Shown in pieces: positions 1 through 12,287 of a stretch of 64,000 nucleotides of DNA. Source of the stretch: Vicugna vicugna (lineage: Eukaryota); NCBI GenBank assembly GCA_013265495.1, contig MU058844.1, positions 10,128,184 to 10,192,183 on the forward strand, read 5' to 3'. Both the position numbers and the translations under genes were made by a program. Numbering within the stretch: the stretch's first letter is position 1; each line of letters opens with the position of its first letter. A model generated the notes under the pieces. That model saw only the letters and a list, made by a program, of their open reading frames with translations. It had not been told where the DNA came from and made no database searches.

Positions 1-238
1 TGAGACTGGAAAGTATGTGAAGAGGTTAGATTTGAGGTTGGAAGTTGGGTGAGAATCAGAGCTGGAGTTTTGGGACACGTTAAGTTTGTGGTATAGGGAA
101 GATATCCAAGGGGAAACTTCATGTAGAAATCCCAAGGGGAGGTGGAGGCTATGGGTAGAAATTTAGAAGATATCAGAGGAATCATGAAATTTAAATCCAC
201 GAGACTAGATGAGATCAGCAGAAGAGAGCATGTAGATT
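1..238 (-). mobile_element. L2 LINE fragment (decayed)
   Basis: Motifs such as ttttgggacacgttaagtttg...gatatccaag and gactagatgagatca resemble the antisense L2 3' region; recalled similarity, approximate ends. Confidence 0.6.
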
Positions 239-254
239 TTTCAGGCGGTTTGAG

Positions 255-625
255 TAGCACACTCCAACCACACAATTTGAGAAGAGTTTAACAAAGGGTC
301 TTTTTAAATGGTGTGGCAGATTATAGGGTAAAGAATAAGGAATAATGCACTACCCTAACAGCAGGTAGCCTAAAGGGGTAAGGGGAGGGGGCAGTTACCG
401 AGAACACAGAGGAGGTCTCGACTAAAGGAAGAAGGCCCCCTAACAAGAGCTGTAATCTTCAGTTTAGGGAGGCCACACAGCAGTCAGGAGGACAGAGGAA
501 TAAATACCCCACCTCCACTCTCTTCCCAACCTCCAAAAGGAAGATAAAAGCCAGGGAATCTGTTGATACAGCACATTAAAATCACTTCTTAGGGCACAAA
601 TCAAGGAGAAAGCAAGAGTGGAGAA
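255..625. mobile_element. Old ERVL/MaLR-type LTR fragment
   Basis: gagtttaacaaaggg...ggggaggggg-cagttacc...ggaataaataccccacctc matches my memory of an ancient eutherian LTR; subfamily not assigned. Confidence 0.55.
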
Positions 626-635
626 ACAAAGAAAG

Positions 636-880
636 ATACTCAGATACAGAAAACAAATCTGTGGTTACTGGGGAAAGGGAAGGGGGTGGAGGGAGAGATA
701 AATTGGGAGACTGGGACTTGCAGATACAAATTACTATATATAAAATAGATAAACAACAAGGTCCTACTGTATAACACAGGGAACTATATTCAATATTTTG
801 TAATAGCCTATAATGAAAAAGAATATGAAAGGAATATATAAATATATGTGTGTATATATATATATATATATGAATCATTA
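636..880 (+). mobile_element. L1 3' UTR fragment, cetartiodactyl type, 3' end missing
   Basis: Diagnostic ataaacaacaaggtcctactgtataacacagggaactatattcaata motif, shared with at least six other copies in this window. Confidence 0.9.
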
Positions 881-1645
881 TTTGTTGAAAAGACTGTTCT
901 TTTTTTATTGAGTTCCTTTGACACCTTGCCAAAAATAAATTGATCTTAAATGGAAGGGTTTATTTCTAGATCAATTCTTTCCCATTGATTGATATGTCCA
1001 TTTCTTATAGTCCTGCACTGCCTTGATTATTGCAGCTTTGCAGTAAATTTTGAAATCAGGAAATGTGAGTCCTCCAATTTTGTTCTTTGTCAGGATTGGT
1101 TTGGCTAGTCTAAGAGCCTTAAGTCTACGTATAATTTTACAATTAGTTTGTTAATTTCATTTTTTTAAAGCAGCTGGAATGTTGATAAGAAGTGTATTGA
1201 ATCTGCAGATCAGCTTGAGGAGTATTCCCATCTTAATACTAAGTCTTCTAATCCATAAGCAAAAGGTAATTTTTCATTTATTTACATCTTCCTTAATTTC
1301 TTTCAAAAATGCTTGATAGTGTTCAGTGTATAAGTATTGCACTTCTTTTGTTAACTTTATTCCTAAATATTTTATTCTTTTTGACGCTAGTGTAAATAGA
1401 ATTGTTTTCCTAATTTCCCTTTTAATTGTTCATTGCCGAGTATATAGAAATACAATTGATCTTTGTATTCTGATCTTACACCCTGCAACCTTGCTGAATT
1501 TGCTTGTTAGCTCTAATAGGTTTTTTCCTAATGTGGATTCCTTAGGATTTTTGTATATAATATCATCAGCTTGCCAAACTGATGCCAAACTATTTCTTTT
1601 GCCTAATTGTTCTGACTAGAACCTCCAGTAGTGTTGAATAGAAGG
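881..1645 (-). mobile_element. Old L1 ORF2 fragment
   Basis: T-rich antisense ORF2 text (ttgattattgcagctttgcagtaaattttgaaatcagg; tttattcctaaatattttatt); explains ORF 1326..1619. Confidence 0.85.
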
Positions 1646-1789
1646 GAACTATGTATTTTTTTTTAAATTCATAGTCAAACATGATTTATTTCAGTAACTT
1701 AAAGGTCATTCAATATGATAATATAAGTTAAAGTAATATATTGGATGAGAAATTTCAAATGATCAATTAAATTTATTTATGTAAGGAAT

Positions 1790-2007
1790 ACATTATTGTG
1801 CTTGCTATGTGCTAGATGGTTGTAAGCACTTTACAAGTATTAACTCATTGAATCTTTAAGACAACCCTACGATTAGGTGCTGTCATTCCCTCTATGACAC
1901 ATGACAAAATCAAGCCAGAGTTAATTTGTCCAACATAACACAGCAGTAAGTGACAGAGCTGGAACTTAACCCCAGGCAGGTTGGTCCAGAGTCCTATCTC
2001 TTAACCA
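1790..2007 (-). mobile_element. MIR SINE
   Basis: Antisense MIR core (attaactcattgaatc...acaaccctac...gtaagtgacagagctgg...ctcttaacca). Confidence 0.85.
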
Positions 2008-2059
2008 GATGAAATATTGATTCACATATATAGTTATTTATCAAGTAGTTTAATGATGG

Positions 2060-2480
2060 AATTTGAGAAGCATTCTTTTAAATGTCAGGAAAAAGACAAG
2101 GATGCCAGCTCTCACTACTTCTATTGAATACTTTAGTGTAAGTTCTAGTAAATGCAAGTTAATAAAATGTTTTGGCATAACAACTGGACAGGTAGAGACC
2201 TAACTATCATCGTTTATGGAAAATACGGTTGTCTGCACAGAAAATTCAATAGCCTCTAAGTTCAGCCATTACAATTTTTAAAAGCCAGCAGATTTATGAA
2301 TAAAAGAGCTCCATACAAAAAATTGACACCATGTTCCTAAGCATTGGTAATAACCCATTAGATAATATAACCAAAAGATTCCATTCAAAACAAATACTAG
2401 AAGGTATCTAGTATTTGTTAACAAAAGATAAACAAGTGAGGGAATGAAGCATTTGAGAAAAGAAAAGAATGTAGACCAGT
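2060..2480 (+). mobile_element. Highly decayed L1 ORF2 fragment
   Basis: caggaaaaagacaaggatgccagctctcactacttctattgaata resembles the L1 RT-region motif encoding RQGCPLSPLLFN. Confidence 0.65.
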
Positions 2481-3604
2481 GTGACTATAGTATAGGGTTT
2501 CTGCAAGGGGAGTTCAGAAAGGGAACTTAGCCAGATGAAAGAGGTTTCAATATACACTACATTGATGGTTTTTGAGCAAGGAAGTGGCAAATTAATGTAA
2601 TAACTAGGGAAATTTAATCTGACACCAGTTAAATGGAATCCCTTGTTCTTAGCAGCCCAGAAACTGTGATGCTGGCAATTAGTTGTAACCACCGCCTCCG
2701 GTGGAGATTTTTACAGCCAGAGCATTCTCGGTGAAGAGCAATCTATGGCCACTGGCCCAAATAAAAGGAAAACCAGTGTTTTAGATCTGATTATATTTTT
2801 CCTGTACAGTAAAACTGAAAAGCAGAAAAGACCGCTACAGTGCTGATTGTCAGACAAACTCCATTTGGCCTTCATATTTTCAATATGAGGTCAAATGACA
2901 GAATCTTGAGTCATCCAGCAGCCTTGTGGATGACCAGATCTTCTCTCTAATGACTAATTTTGGCATCTAGAAAAAAGACTAAAAATATTACTGTGATCAT
3001 AGGCCAAATTCACTTATTTAAAAAAATGAGACTTCAGGCTGGTTTCATAAACTTGTAATGAAACCACGGTAAGAAAAGGCAATAACTCTAAGGGTTAAAC
3101 CACAGAATAAGATTTTAACATCTAATCCTGATGTTAGTTTGGCACTGTATAGAGGGTCTAAGTCCCCAACGGACCTATTTTTGCTAATCAGAAACGAATA
3201 TATTCAGACCCTTATCTTCTTGGACTTCTCTGTAACAGTTTTCATTCACCAGTATTTATAGGGCCCCTGCTTTGTATCAGGCACTGTGCAAAGTCCAGGG
3301 AACTGAGCCAAGAGCAAAGGCGATGCAGCACCTGCCATCTCAAAGTTTACATTCTTGCCTGGAGTCCACGCTGCTGAACACTCGTCTAGGAAAGCCCTCT
3401 CCAGAGTTCTCCCTGCCTCCCTCACCACTGTCTCCTCCACTGGCTCCTTTCCTTTTGCTTTTCTCTTCGTATCAGTTGCCCTCAATCCTCCACCATCCTC
3501 TCTCCCAGTATTCTCCCAGAGCAATCTCATGTACTCCCTTTTTTTCTCTTTCATTTATCCTTAAAAACTGTATCTATGGATTCTGATCTATATGGATTTC
3601 ATAC

Positions 3605-3820
3605 AGGAATTCGTATACATGTGTATTACTAGGTGCCACTGTTCTCAACATTTTGCAAATATTAACTCATGTAATTCTCCTAACAACTACTTGAGGTAGA
3701 TAGATACTATTATTTTGTCCATTTTCCAGACAAGGATACCAAGACACACACACTGACTGAGAAAGAGGCAAAACTAGAATCTGAACCAAAGCAGACTGTG
3801 CCTTAAACCACTATGCTATG
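3605..3820 (-). mobile_element. MIR SINE
   Basis: attaactcatgtaattctcctaacaac...ccattttccagacaaggatacc...ccttaaaccactatgct. Confidence 0.8.
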
Positions 3821-4094
3821 CACACTCTGATGACTTCAACCTCCATTGGACGCCTCCATTTTACAGATTATTAAATCAGAGCTTTCTGTATTGATTCATG
3901 TTTTCCAAAGTCTACCAGAAATTTATGCCTGAACTTTCACGAACAACTCAGAAACACCATTCCTCAAATTTCTCCTCTTCCGTGCTCCACATTTTATATT
4001 CAAATCCCCTTCAATTTCCTTTTACAACAGAGTCCTAACAGACCTCACTGCCTCAGCAGTTCCCATAGAATAATCTGAGATCATCTGCGTGTTT

Positions 4095-4845
4095 CTGAGA
4101 CTCTTTCCAGGGGTTCACAAAGTCAAAATTATCTTCATAATAATACTAAGGTGCTATTTGCCATTGTTACTGTGTTGATATTTGCACTAAGGGTGCAAAA
4201 AACAGTGGGGGTAAAAGTGCTGACAACTTAGCGTTAAGTCAGTGGCAGAAAACTATAGTCAAACATTATTGCAATCTTTGCCACCATTATTTAAGAATAT
4301 CTTTGATGAAGCAATAAAAATGACTGGTTTTTCAAAATCTTAATTCTTGAGTACTCATCTTTTAAATATTTTGGATGAAATTAAAAATACATATAGAGCA
4401 TTTCTGACATATTGGCACTGCCTGTCTTAAAAAAAAGCAATTATGTAAATGTTTGAGTTGTAAGCTGAATTTTTACAACACTTTTTAATGAATATGAGGA
4501 AAATGCAAATATTGGAAATTTTGCATCTGATTCCATGAGCCTGATTTCGTCCCAATATTTAAAGATTTTTCTGTTGAGGTCAGTGATGCTATTAACAAAC
4601 ATAATATTTTTATATTGTATATGGAAATGTGTGAACATCTGGAAGATTTACATAACTTAAGAAATCAACATTTTTCAAATAACTAATACATGATGTCACA
4701 AAATCACATATGGGCAAAAGAGTCACTCAAAATGCAAGATAATTTTTAAGGCAACGTAGTAACAAATATGGTTTCAGATTCTACACTACAATAAGTTCTA
4801 TGAAACTACCATTTATAGAATTCCAATTTGTTATCAAAGAATATC
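4095..4845. mobile_element. hAT-Charlie (Charlie1-like) DNA transposon relic
   Basis: ggggttcacaaagtcaaaattatcttcataataatactaag...gatatttgcactaagggtgcaaaa recalls Charlie1-family sequence. Confidence 0.7.
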
Positions 4846-5105
4846 TAGGCATCCTAAGCTTGGAGTTCTTCCGCTATGACACAAGCCCACTGCATGCGGA
4901 GCACGTACCTGGGCTCCTCTGCATCCCCCCACCAGGGGATTCAGAGAGTAAGAATAATGGATGCAAACATGATGTTCATGCTGCTTGCTGTGCCATGAGT
5001 AATGATCCAAGAATTTCATGTCTTCTGCCAGCATCCACAAAACTGTACAGGCTTATTTGTTAGCTCGTAAGCGAGGTAAAATCTCAAACTATTCACAGTT
5101 CTTGG
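4846..5105 (+). mobile_element. ERVL-type LTR 3' half (MER54/MER74-like)
   Basis: catgctgcttgctgtgccatgagtaat...tcttctgccagcatcca...gtaaaatctca...ttcacagttcttg resembles the end of this LTR group. Confidence 0.6.
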
Positions 5106-5454
5106 TGAGCAATGAGTGAGGAGAAAATCTTTTGACTAGGTAAAGTGATGGTATGAGGCAATCCCAGGGAATAGATTAAAATGGTTAGGATAGAAATAGT
5201 CTAAGGAGGACCACAACTACAGGTCATAGGCAGCCACTGAACGTGTTTATTCTGAGTAAAACATGACAAAAGTGTTACTTTAATACAATTAATCTGACTA
5301 CGGTATGCCAACAGCAAACATGAAGCTGAAACTAGACCCAAGTAGCAAGAGCCACAGCAATTAACATTTACTGAGTGCTTATTGTGAAGGCGTTATGATA
5401 TGGATTCAATTTAATTCCCTTTATGACTGAACAAGGTCATTATAATAAATATTA

Positions 5455-5700
5455 ATACTTAAGCAGTGCTTGCTAAGTGAACAGCTTTAAATACATAAAC
5501 TCACTAAAGATGCTCAACAATGTTATAAGATGGTACTACTATTATCACCACTATACAAATAAGGAAACCAAGACATCTAAACATTAAGTAACTTGCCTAA
5601 GGTCACAACAAAGCACAAACAAGTAAATGGTAGAGGTAGGATTTGACCCTAGGAAACTTTTCTCCCAGAAACTGTGTTCTTAACCATTATTCTATACTTC
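5455..5700 (-). mobile_element. MIR SINE
   Basis: ttaagtaacttgcctaaggtcaca core. Confidence 0.85.
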
Positions 5701-5912
5701 CTCTTTCGTAAGACATGCACAATCACTATACGCATTCTACAGCTATGTAAAGAAGTACAGCAAAATTGTCACCTACCCAAAGCAATAAAGCCGGTAAGAG
5801 GTAAAGCCGAGAGTACTTTGCTAATTTTAAATAAATAGAGACTACATAGTCATTTGTATAAATGTCAATTTGTAGACTTAATTTCGTTCTTTTCAACTAA
5901 CCACTCCCTTTC

Positions 5913-6410
5913 TTTTTTTTTTTTTTTTGGTTTGGTACAGTTGTACATTACAATACGATTACCGCTGTAGTGTTACCTAACACCTTTATCATGTCACGTA
6001 ATTATCATTTCTTTCTTGTGTTAAGTACAGTTAACATCGATTCTCTTGGCAACTTTGAAGTTTATAATACAGTATTGATGACTATAATCACTATGTTGTG
6101 CTTGAGATTGCCAGAACTTATTCATCTACCAGTTGCAAGTTTGTACCCTTGAACAACAGCTCCCCATTCCCCCCATCCCACAGCCCCTAACCTCCATTCT
6201 TCTTGCTGTCTTTACAAATTCAGGTTTGTTGTTTTTTTGTTGTTGTTGTTCTTTTTTAAAGATTCCACGTGTAAGTGATAAGGGTAGTTGTCTTTCTCTG
6301 ACTTAATCTCAATTTGGATAATGCCTTTAAGTTCCAACCATGTTGTCGCAGATGGCAGGATTTTCTTCTTTCTTCTGGCTGAATAATATTTACATATACT
6401 TATATACATA
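5913..6410 (-). mobile_element. L1 3' end (ORF2 C-terminus plus 3' UTR) with poly(T) tail
   Basis: Poly(T) at about 5913-5928; ORF 6212..6409 contains YYSARRKKKILPSATTWLELKGI, typical of the ORF2 C-terminus. Confidence 0.85.
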
Positions 6411-6559
6411 TGTATATGGTTTTGATTTAAAAGAATTCTTTTGATTACTGTTATGCAGAGGGCACTGACTCAGACTTAAACTAGACCTGCACTCATTATC
6501 CTGGTGACCAAAATAGGCAAATGAGGTAAGCAATGTCTTACCGGATGACATCACTTAAC

Positions 6560-7090
6560 TTAGGACTCTGACTGAGATTGACTAGAATCCAGCTGAAAAC
6601 TCAGTGTCAGCAACAACTGGAAGCAGGGCCCCACTCTCCCCCTTTCTCTCTCTTTCTCTGGTATCTCTGCTTCTCTCTGACCATTGACGTCATTCTCAAG
6701 TCAGATTTTCTCCATGAAGCTGAAACTACGTCTGTTGTCATCTCCAGGCTCACACCTTACTAGCTTCACCAGCAAAAAGGGAAAAAAAACTTCCCCAATT
6801 CCAGTTCAAAAAATACCCAGGAAAGGACTCCACTTAGTCTAGCCTGAGTCATCAACTCACTTTATGACTAATCTTTGTGAGCAGGAGGGTAATGCACTCA
6901 CCCAGGTCACTGATCCATCCCTGGAAGGGGGCAGGGCTGGGATCTATAAGGAGCAAGCCAGGAAATAATGATTGGTAGTCCCTTCCACAACCATGTGATT
7001 GTAGTTCAAGAGCTATTCCCTAAAAGAAGTAGCCCTGGAAAGGGTTGGGGGATGGTCTCAGACAACCAAGAGTAATAGATCTTGACAACA
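6560..7090 (-). mobile_element. MLT1-type MaLR LTR (decayed)
   Basis: tctctgcttctctctg...ccagttcaaaaaatacccaggaaaggactc...agcctgagtca pattern. Confidence 0.55.
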
Positions 7091-8514
7091 TCTGAACAGG
7101 GATTCTTTCTATTTGGCTTTGGTATCCTTGACATTTGAAACACATTTTGGAATCTTGTACATAATTCAGTTCAGTACAAGGCTGGGTTTCATTGCCTTAT
7201 TCACGGATATCTGGACTTCTCTAATGAGACAGTGATCTCGTTGGGGAAGGGGACTGAGCTCATACAGGGTATTTTCATACATGGAGTAAATTCCTGTTAA
7301 AATAACGTTCAGCCAACCTTCATGGCCGCACTGTAAATGTGAAAAGCTTTCTTGGGTTGAGGGCAGCAGTAGTTTTAGGGAGACTGCCATTGTTCCCAAG
7401 CAGATGGTCCCCACATTGCTTTGTCTTTATAGCACTAACAGCTCACTGTCACTAACAGCTCCGTGTAGTTGAATTAAATGCCCATTGATTTCTGACTCTA
7501 TGATGGTACTTAATACATTCCAGGTTTTTTAATGTTTATATTACACTCTTAACACAGCCTGTTTTTAAACTTAAAATAGTATCTACTATTTTTTAAGCAC
7601 TTAGTTTGGTGTTTTTATGTATCTTAGAAAATTCAGCAAAGTTAGGATTTACACACAGACACACAGTTAAGATGACTGTAGAAGCTGAGGTCTAGAGAGA
7701 CTTAGAAGTGTGCCCAAGCTCACAACCCTTGTGTGTGGTATAGTCAGAGTTCCCATACAAGTCTGTCTGACATCTAAGCCTGCCTTATGGCACTATTTGG
7801 CAAAAAAAAAAAAAAAAATCATACCTTAATTGCATCCCTAGCTATTGCACAGTTAATGTTTCCTTTGAAAGCCATTAGTGTACATTCAGTCCAAGCAGAA
7901 ATGTTCACCTCCTAACATAGTGACACTTTCCCTTCCACACACCCAGCACGGAATTTCCAAACATTCATAATCATCTTCACGTTAAGCTACTTGTTTAGAA
8001 AAGTCATCATCTTGAACACTTTTGGCTGTCAAGAACTGGGACAAATTTGCGTTCTCATGGCCCAGAGATGATTTTCTAAAATTACCTTCAGGAACAAAAT
8101 CATCACCAAGATTTTGGTTGGTGAGAAGAAAAACTCTGGGTTTTTTTAAATTTTGGGGTTTTTCTTGTTTTTGTGTTTCCTTACCAAAGAGATCTTCCTC
8201 ACATGTTCTGAAAACCTCATCTGGGGCAAATATCAAAACCAGCTTCAACCAAAAAAAAAAGAGTGAGTAATAGCCGACTGTTAGCTAAAGGCCTTGAACA
8301 CATCACTCGTGTCAACACCTCTCCTTCTGGAAGCCATGATGTTAAAGTCACCAAGAAAGGCAAAAGAAAAAATACTTCACTGAGCCACATGAACCCAGAA
8401 GGGATGACTAAAGAAAACGGCCAAGTGGTCCATAAGCAGGATAACTGTGGATAGGAAGGGAACCGTGAGGTCTAACCCAAAACTGTTTATATTTCATAAT
8501 GATGACTACAGAAT

Positions 8515-8755
8515 CACATGAGATAAAACACATTTATTACCAAAAGTGAAGATGTTTCTCCTTTTGTAATTATAGAATAAACTCAGTAAACATGATCTGA
8601 ATCCAACAAGATTCCCTAAATTTTCCTCTGGAACTAAAAGGACCCAAAGAGTTTAGACAATGCATTTTGGGGTTATAGTTATTTTTTCCCCTCCTTTTGT
8701 TTTCTGAAAGAAGTTGGAGTGTACCAGCTGATGTCACTGACATAGCTTGACATTG
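8515..8755 (-). other. Candidate terminal exon
   Basis: Acceptor tgtgtctccttgtcttttgtttctatctcctctcctgcAG at 8756-8757; phase-1 frame reads (x)MSSYVSDISWYTPTSFRKQKEGKK-stop (stop 8679-8681); minus-strand AATAAA at 8533-8538. No homology recognised. Confidence 0.3.
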
Positions 8756-8857
8756 CTGCAGGAGAGGAGATAGAAACAAAAGACAAGGAGACACATTTAA
8801 ATTGACATTCTCTTGACTTCACTGGTTGCTGAAAAAGTATTCTTCCTAACAAATTGG

Positions 8858-8913
8858 AGCCTAACTGTAATGGAAAGAAACTCACAGCCTAACTGTAATG
8901 GAAGGAAAGTCCT
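8858..8913. repeat. 28-bp tandem duplication, 2 copies
   Basis: agcctaactgtaatggaaagaaactcac / agcctaactgtaatggaaggaaagtcct. Confidence 0.9.
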
Positions 8914-9169
8914 GTGATAGCTTAAAGAAATGTACAAATGGTATTATGTGTGATGATTTTGATATCAAATCTTCATATACTCTTGTTTATCTGAATAGTC
9001 AAGAACATAAAATAACATATTGTCTGTATGCTGTGTACATATACTCTAATAACTTTAATAGTAACTTTACGTTTTTTGGAAGGAGAGAACTTATTTGTTT
9101 TATGTATGGGTTTGGGTTTGGGATGTGTGTGTGTGTTTGTAAGCCATTTTTTAAGAAAAAAATATATAT

Positions 9170-11060
9170 CCACACAATTATATGGTAGGCAACACAAAAG
9201 AAGAAAATCTCATTTATAATAGTGACAATAAAAGAAAAAATTCCGAGGAATAAATATAATATAAAATTTGCAAATTTATGTGAAGACTTTTTTTTAAAAC
9301 ACTGAGACAGGGGACCAAAGAGGACCAGACAGTTGGAAAGGCACCATGTTCTTAGATAGGAACACAAGAATACCGATTTCCCCTACTATAATTTAAAAAT
9401 TAATATGATTTCATTAAAATAACCATAGAATTTTTACAGCTGGATAAGCTAATTCCAAAGTTTACATATAAAATAAACATAAAAGAACAGCTAGGATAGA
9501 TCTGCAAAAAAAAAAAGGTATGTGAAGTGGAGGAAGTAGCCTTATTATATATTTATAGATATTTATAACATATTATAAAGCCATGGTAATTAAAATAATC
9601 TGTACCTGCACAAGACTAGACAGAGTCAACAAAACACTACAAAAAGCCCAAAATTAGAGTCAAATACATACAAGAATTAAGCATTTAATGAATATGGCAT
9701 TATAAATTGTGGGGAAAGACAAATTAATAAATGGTGTTGGAAAATTAGGCAATCATCTGGAAAACAAGTTTACTCTATCTGTAGCACCTTTACACATAAT
9801 ACATTTCAGATGGATAACTTATAAACATGCAAAAACCCAAATATGAAAGTTGCAGAAGAAACCATGCTGGGTTTTTAAAAATACAATCTTATGAATGGAT
9901 AAAGAAGATATGGTATATATATATACAATGTAACTAACACTACTGAGCCATAGAAAAAGATGAAATCTTGCCATTTGGGACAATGTGGATGGACCTTGAG
10001 GATACTATGCTAGAAGAAATAAGTCAGACAAAGAAGGCAAATACCATATGATTTGGCTCATATGTGGAATATAAAAAACAAAAACACAAACAGAGTAAGT
10101 GATTAAACCAAACTAAACATATAGATAGAGTAGTGATTACCAGAGGGGAAAGGGTGGAGGGAGGGTGAAATATGTAAAGGGGATCAACTGTATGGTGATA
10201 GATGAAACTAAAATTTTAGAGATGAGCATGCTGTAATGTATACAAAATCAGAAATATAATGTTGTACACATGAAACGTATGTAATGCTATAAGCCAATGT
10301 TATTACCTCAATTAAAAAAAACCCCAAAAACCAAACAAACAAAAAGATGGGCCAAGACAGTTTAGCTTATTAAAGACCTTTGAAATATAAAAAAAATAAA
10401 TAAATAATACATAAAGTATAATTTTAGGATCTGGGAGACTTTCTGAGTATGATTCAAAACCTAAATGCATAATAGCACAAATAAATACAACTATAAGAAA
10501 GCAAAATTTTCTGCATAGCAAAAACTATCATGAGCACAATGAAAAGACAAATGACAGACTAAGAAAATAAATTTCAAAGTATCAAAGTACCTGATATTTC
10601 AGGGCTATATTAAGGGCTCACACAAGTCAAATAGCAAAGCCATTTAACCACTAGGAAAAAAAAATATAGGAAGAGTACAGACAGTTTATAGAAAAGAAGT
10701 AAAAATGAGAGAAATGCAAATAAACTTCACATTGAAATATCATTTTTCACCTACCAAACAGGCAAAGATCCAGAAGTTTTATGCACGATCTGTCGGCAAG
10801 TATATTGGGAACGGGCACGCTCATGCTTGTTGACAGGAGTGGGTATTGGTGAAACCTCTTTGGAGTAAATTATAACAATGTCTATCAAAGCTACAAGTAT
10901 GCATACTCTTTAGCCCAGCAAAGGTTATCCTCAGATTTACTCACACACATGTGTGAATATGGAGGCATAAGATTATACATTACAGCTGTTTTTAATAGCA
11001 AATTATTGGAAAAACTTAATATTCTCCAATGGAATCTGGCAAAATAGAAGTTCGTCCATT
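9170..11060 (+). mobile_element. Old L1 ORF2/3' region with a younger L1 3' end nested at about 9890-10340
   Basis: A-rich decayed ORF2 motifs on both sides of a better preserved block (gaatggataaagaagatatgg...tggatggaccttgagg...ctcaattaaaaaaa). Confidence 0.8.
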
Positions 11061-11129
11061 TATTTCACTCTGCTTACTTGACACAACTCCAAACAACAAA
11101 AAAGGCAGAAAACAGACACAACATATTTA

Positions 11130-11258
11130 TGGTGACCCAAAATTGTGGTTTCTAGGGCAGTCTATGTTTACGCTTTTGCCCTGACATTCCATCCAATTAG
11201 CATTGCCTTTTACTCTCAAAAGTGTCCCCGTCTATAATGATAAATAATTGTCATCCTA
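11130..11258. mobile_element. MER94-like hAT MITE
   Basis: Ends ggtgacc...gtcatccta; internal ttttactctcaaaagtgtccc. Confidence 0.65.
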
Positions 11259-11407
11259 AGTCTACTTCCTGGGAGTGAGGGAAAGAGGTAGCGTGAGATA
11301 TGGAGCAGAATATGGGGTTGGATAAAAGGAAAAAGAAGGAAAAAGCAATTTGATGTTTCCCAGGCAACCTAGTACCACTCAGTTCTCCTCTTGATGCAAT
11401 CGAGACC

Positions 11408-11640
11408 ATAGGTCTCTGGAGCCAGCTACCCTGAGTTCAAATCCCGGCTTCATTACTGAGAAATCATATGACCTTCAGAAATTTTTTAATTTCTTGCTAC
11501 CTCAGTTTCCTCATCTATAAAATAGGGATACTAGTAGCCATCTCATAAGGTTATTGCAAGGATTAGATGAGCTAACGTGTATGTAGTACTTAACACAGTG
11601 TCTGACACCTACAAAGCACTGCAGAAGTATTTCTATTACT
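11408..11640 (+). mobile_element. MIR SINE
   Basis: tctggagccag...gttcaaatcccggct...cctcagtttcctcatctataaaataggg. Confidence 0.9.
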
Positions 11641-12049
11641 GTGATGCATAGTTTGACATAGTCAACACATAAAACACTTAATGGCTAAAAGAAATCACAT
11701 TTAAGACCTAAATATAAACTGGATTCACTCATTCAACAATTTTTCATTGAGCGCTTATATTTAAAGTCTGAGCTAAGCTCTAGGGGAATAAAATTGTATA
11801 AAACACATTAGGAAACTAAGGTGAGTTGGTATATAGCTCATACACATAAGATGACACTCTGCTTTACTACAAGATTTATTGACTATAGCTTTAACTCAAC
11901 TAAATTCAGCAAAAACAAATGGTTTAGTTTCTAGTATTTTGTTAGTCTCTTAATTATCTGGCAATCTTAATAAAGCTTCAGAATACAAACCTATTAATAT
12001 AGACCAATTAGCTAACACTGAACAATAAATGAGGACTTAAAGGTACGCT

Positions 12050-12287
12050 CATGGTCAAGAACTAGACCTTTGGAACCAAGGCAGGCTGAGGTTTGAAACT
12101 GGTTCTGCCACTTCATGTGTGACCTTGGGTAAGTTATGTAAACTTCCTATCCATTCCTTCTACATATTAAAAACGAGTAACTATAGCTACCTACTTCAAG
12201 TGTAGTGATGAGGATTAAATGTAGGGCATTTACCTTGTGCTCAGCATATAATAAATGCTTAATAAATATTTGCTAGCATCATTATTT
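12050..12287 (+). mobile_element. MIR SINE
   Basis: tctgccacttcatgtgtgaccttgggtaagtta...tgaggattaaatg...ttaataaatatt. Confidence 0.85.

Noticed and set aside
7433..7466. 17-bp tandem duplication cactaacagctc (also 12-bp repeats near 37430 and 50893)
   Set aside because: Ordinary two-copy slippage events with no wider pattern
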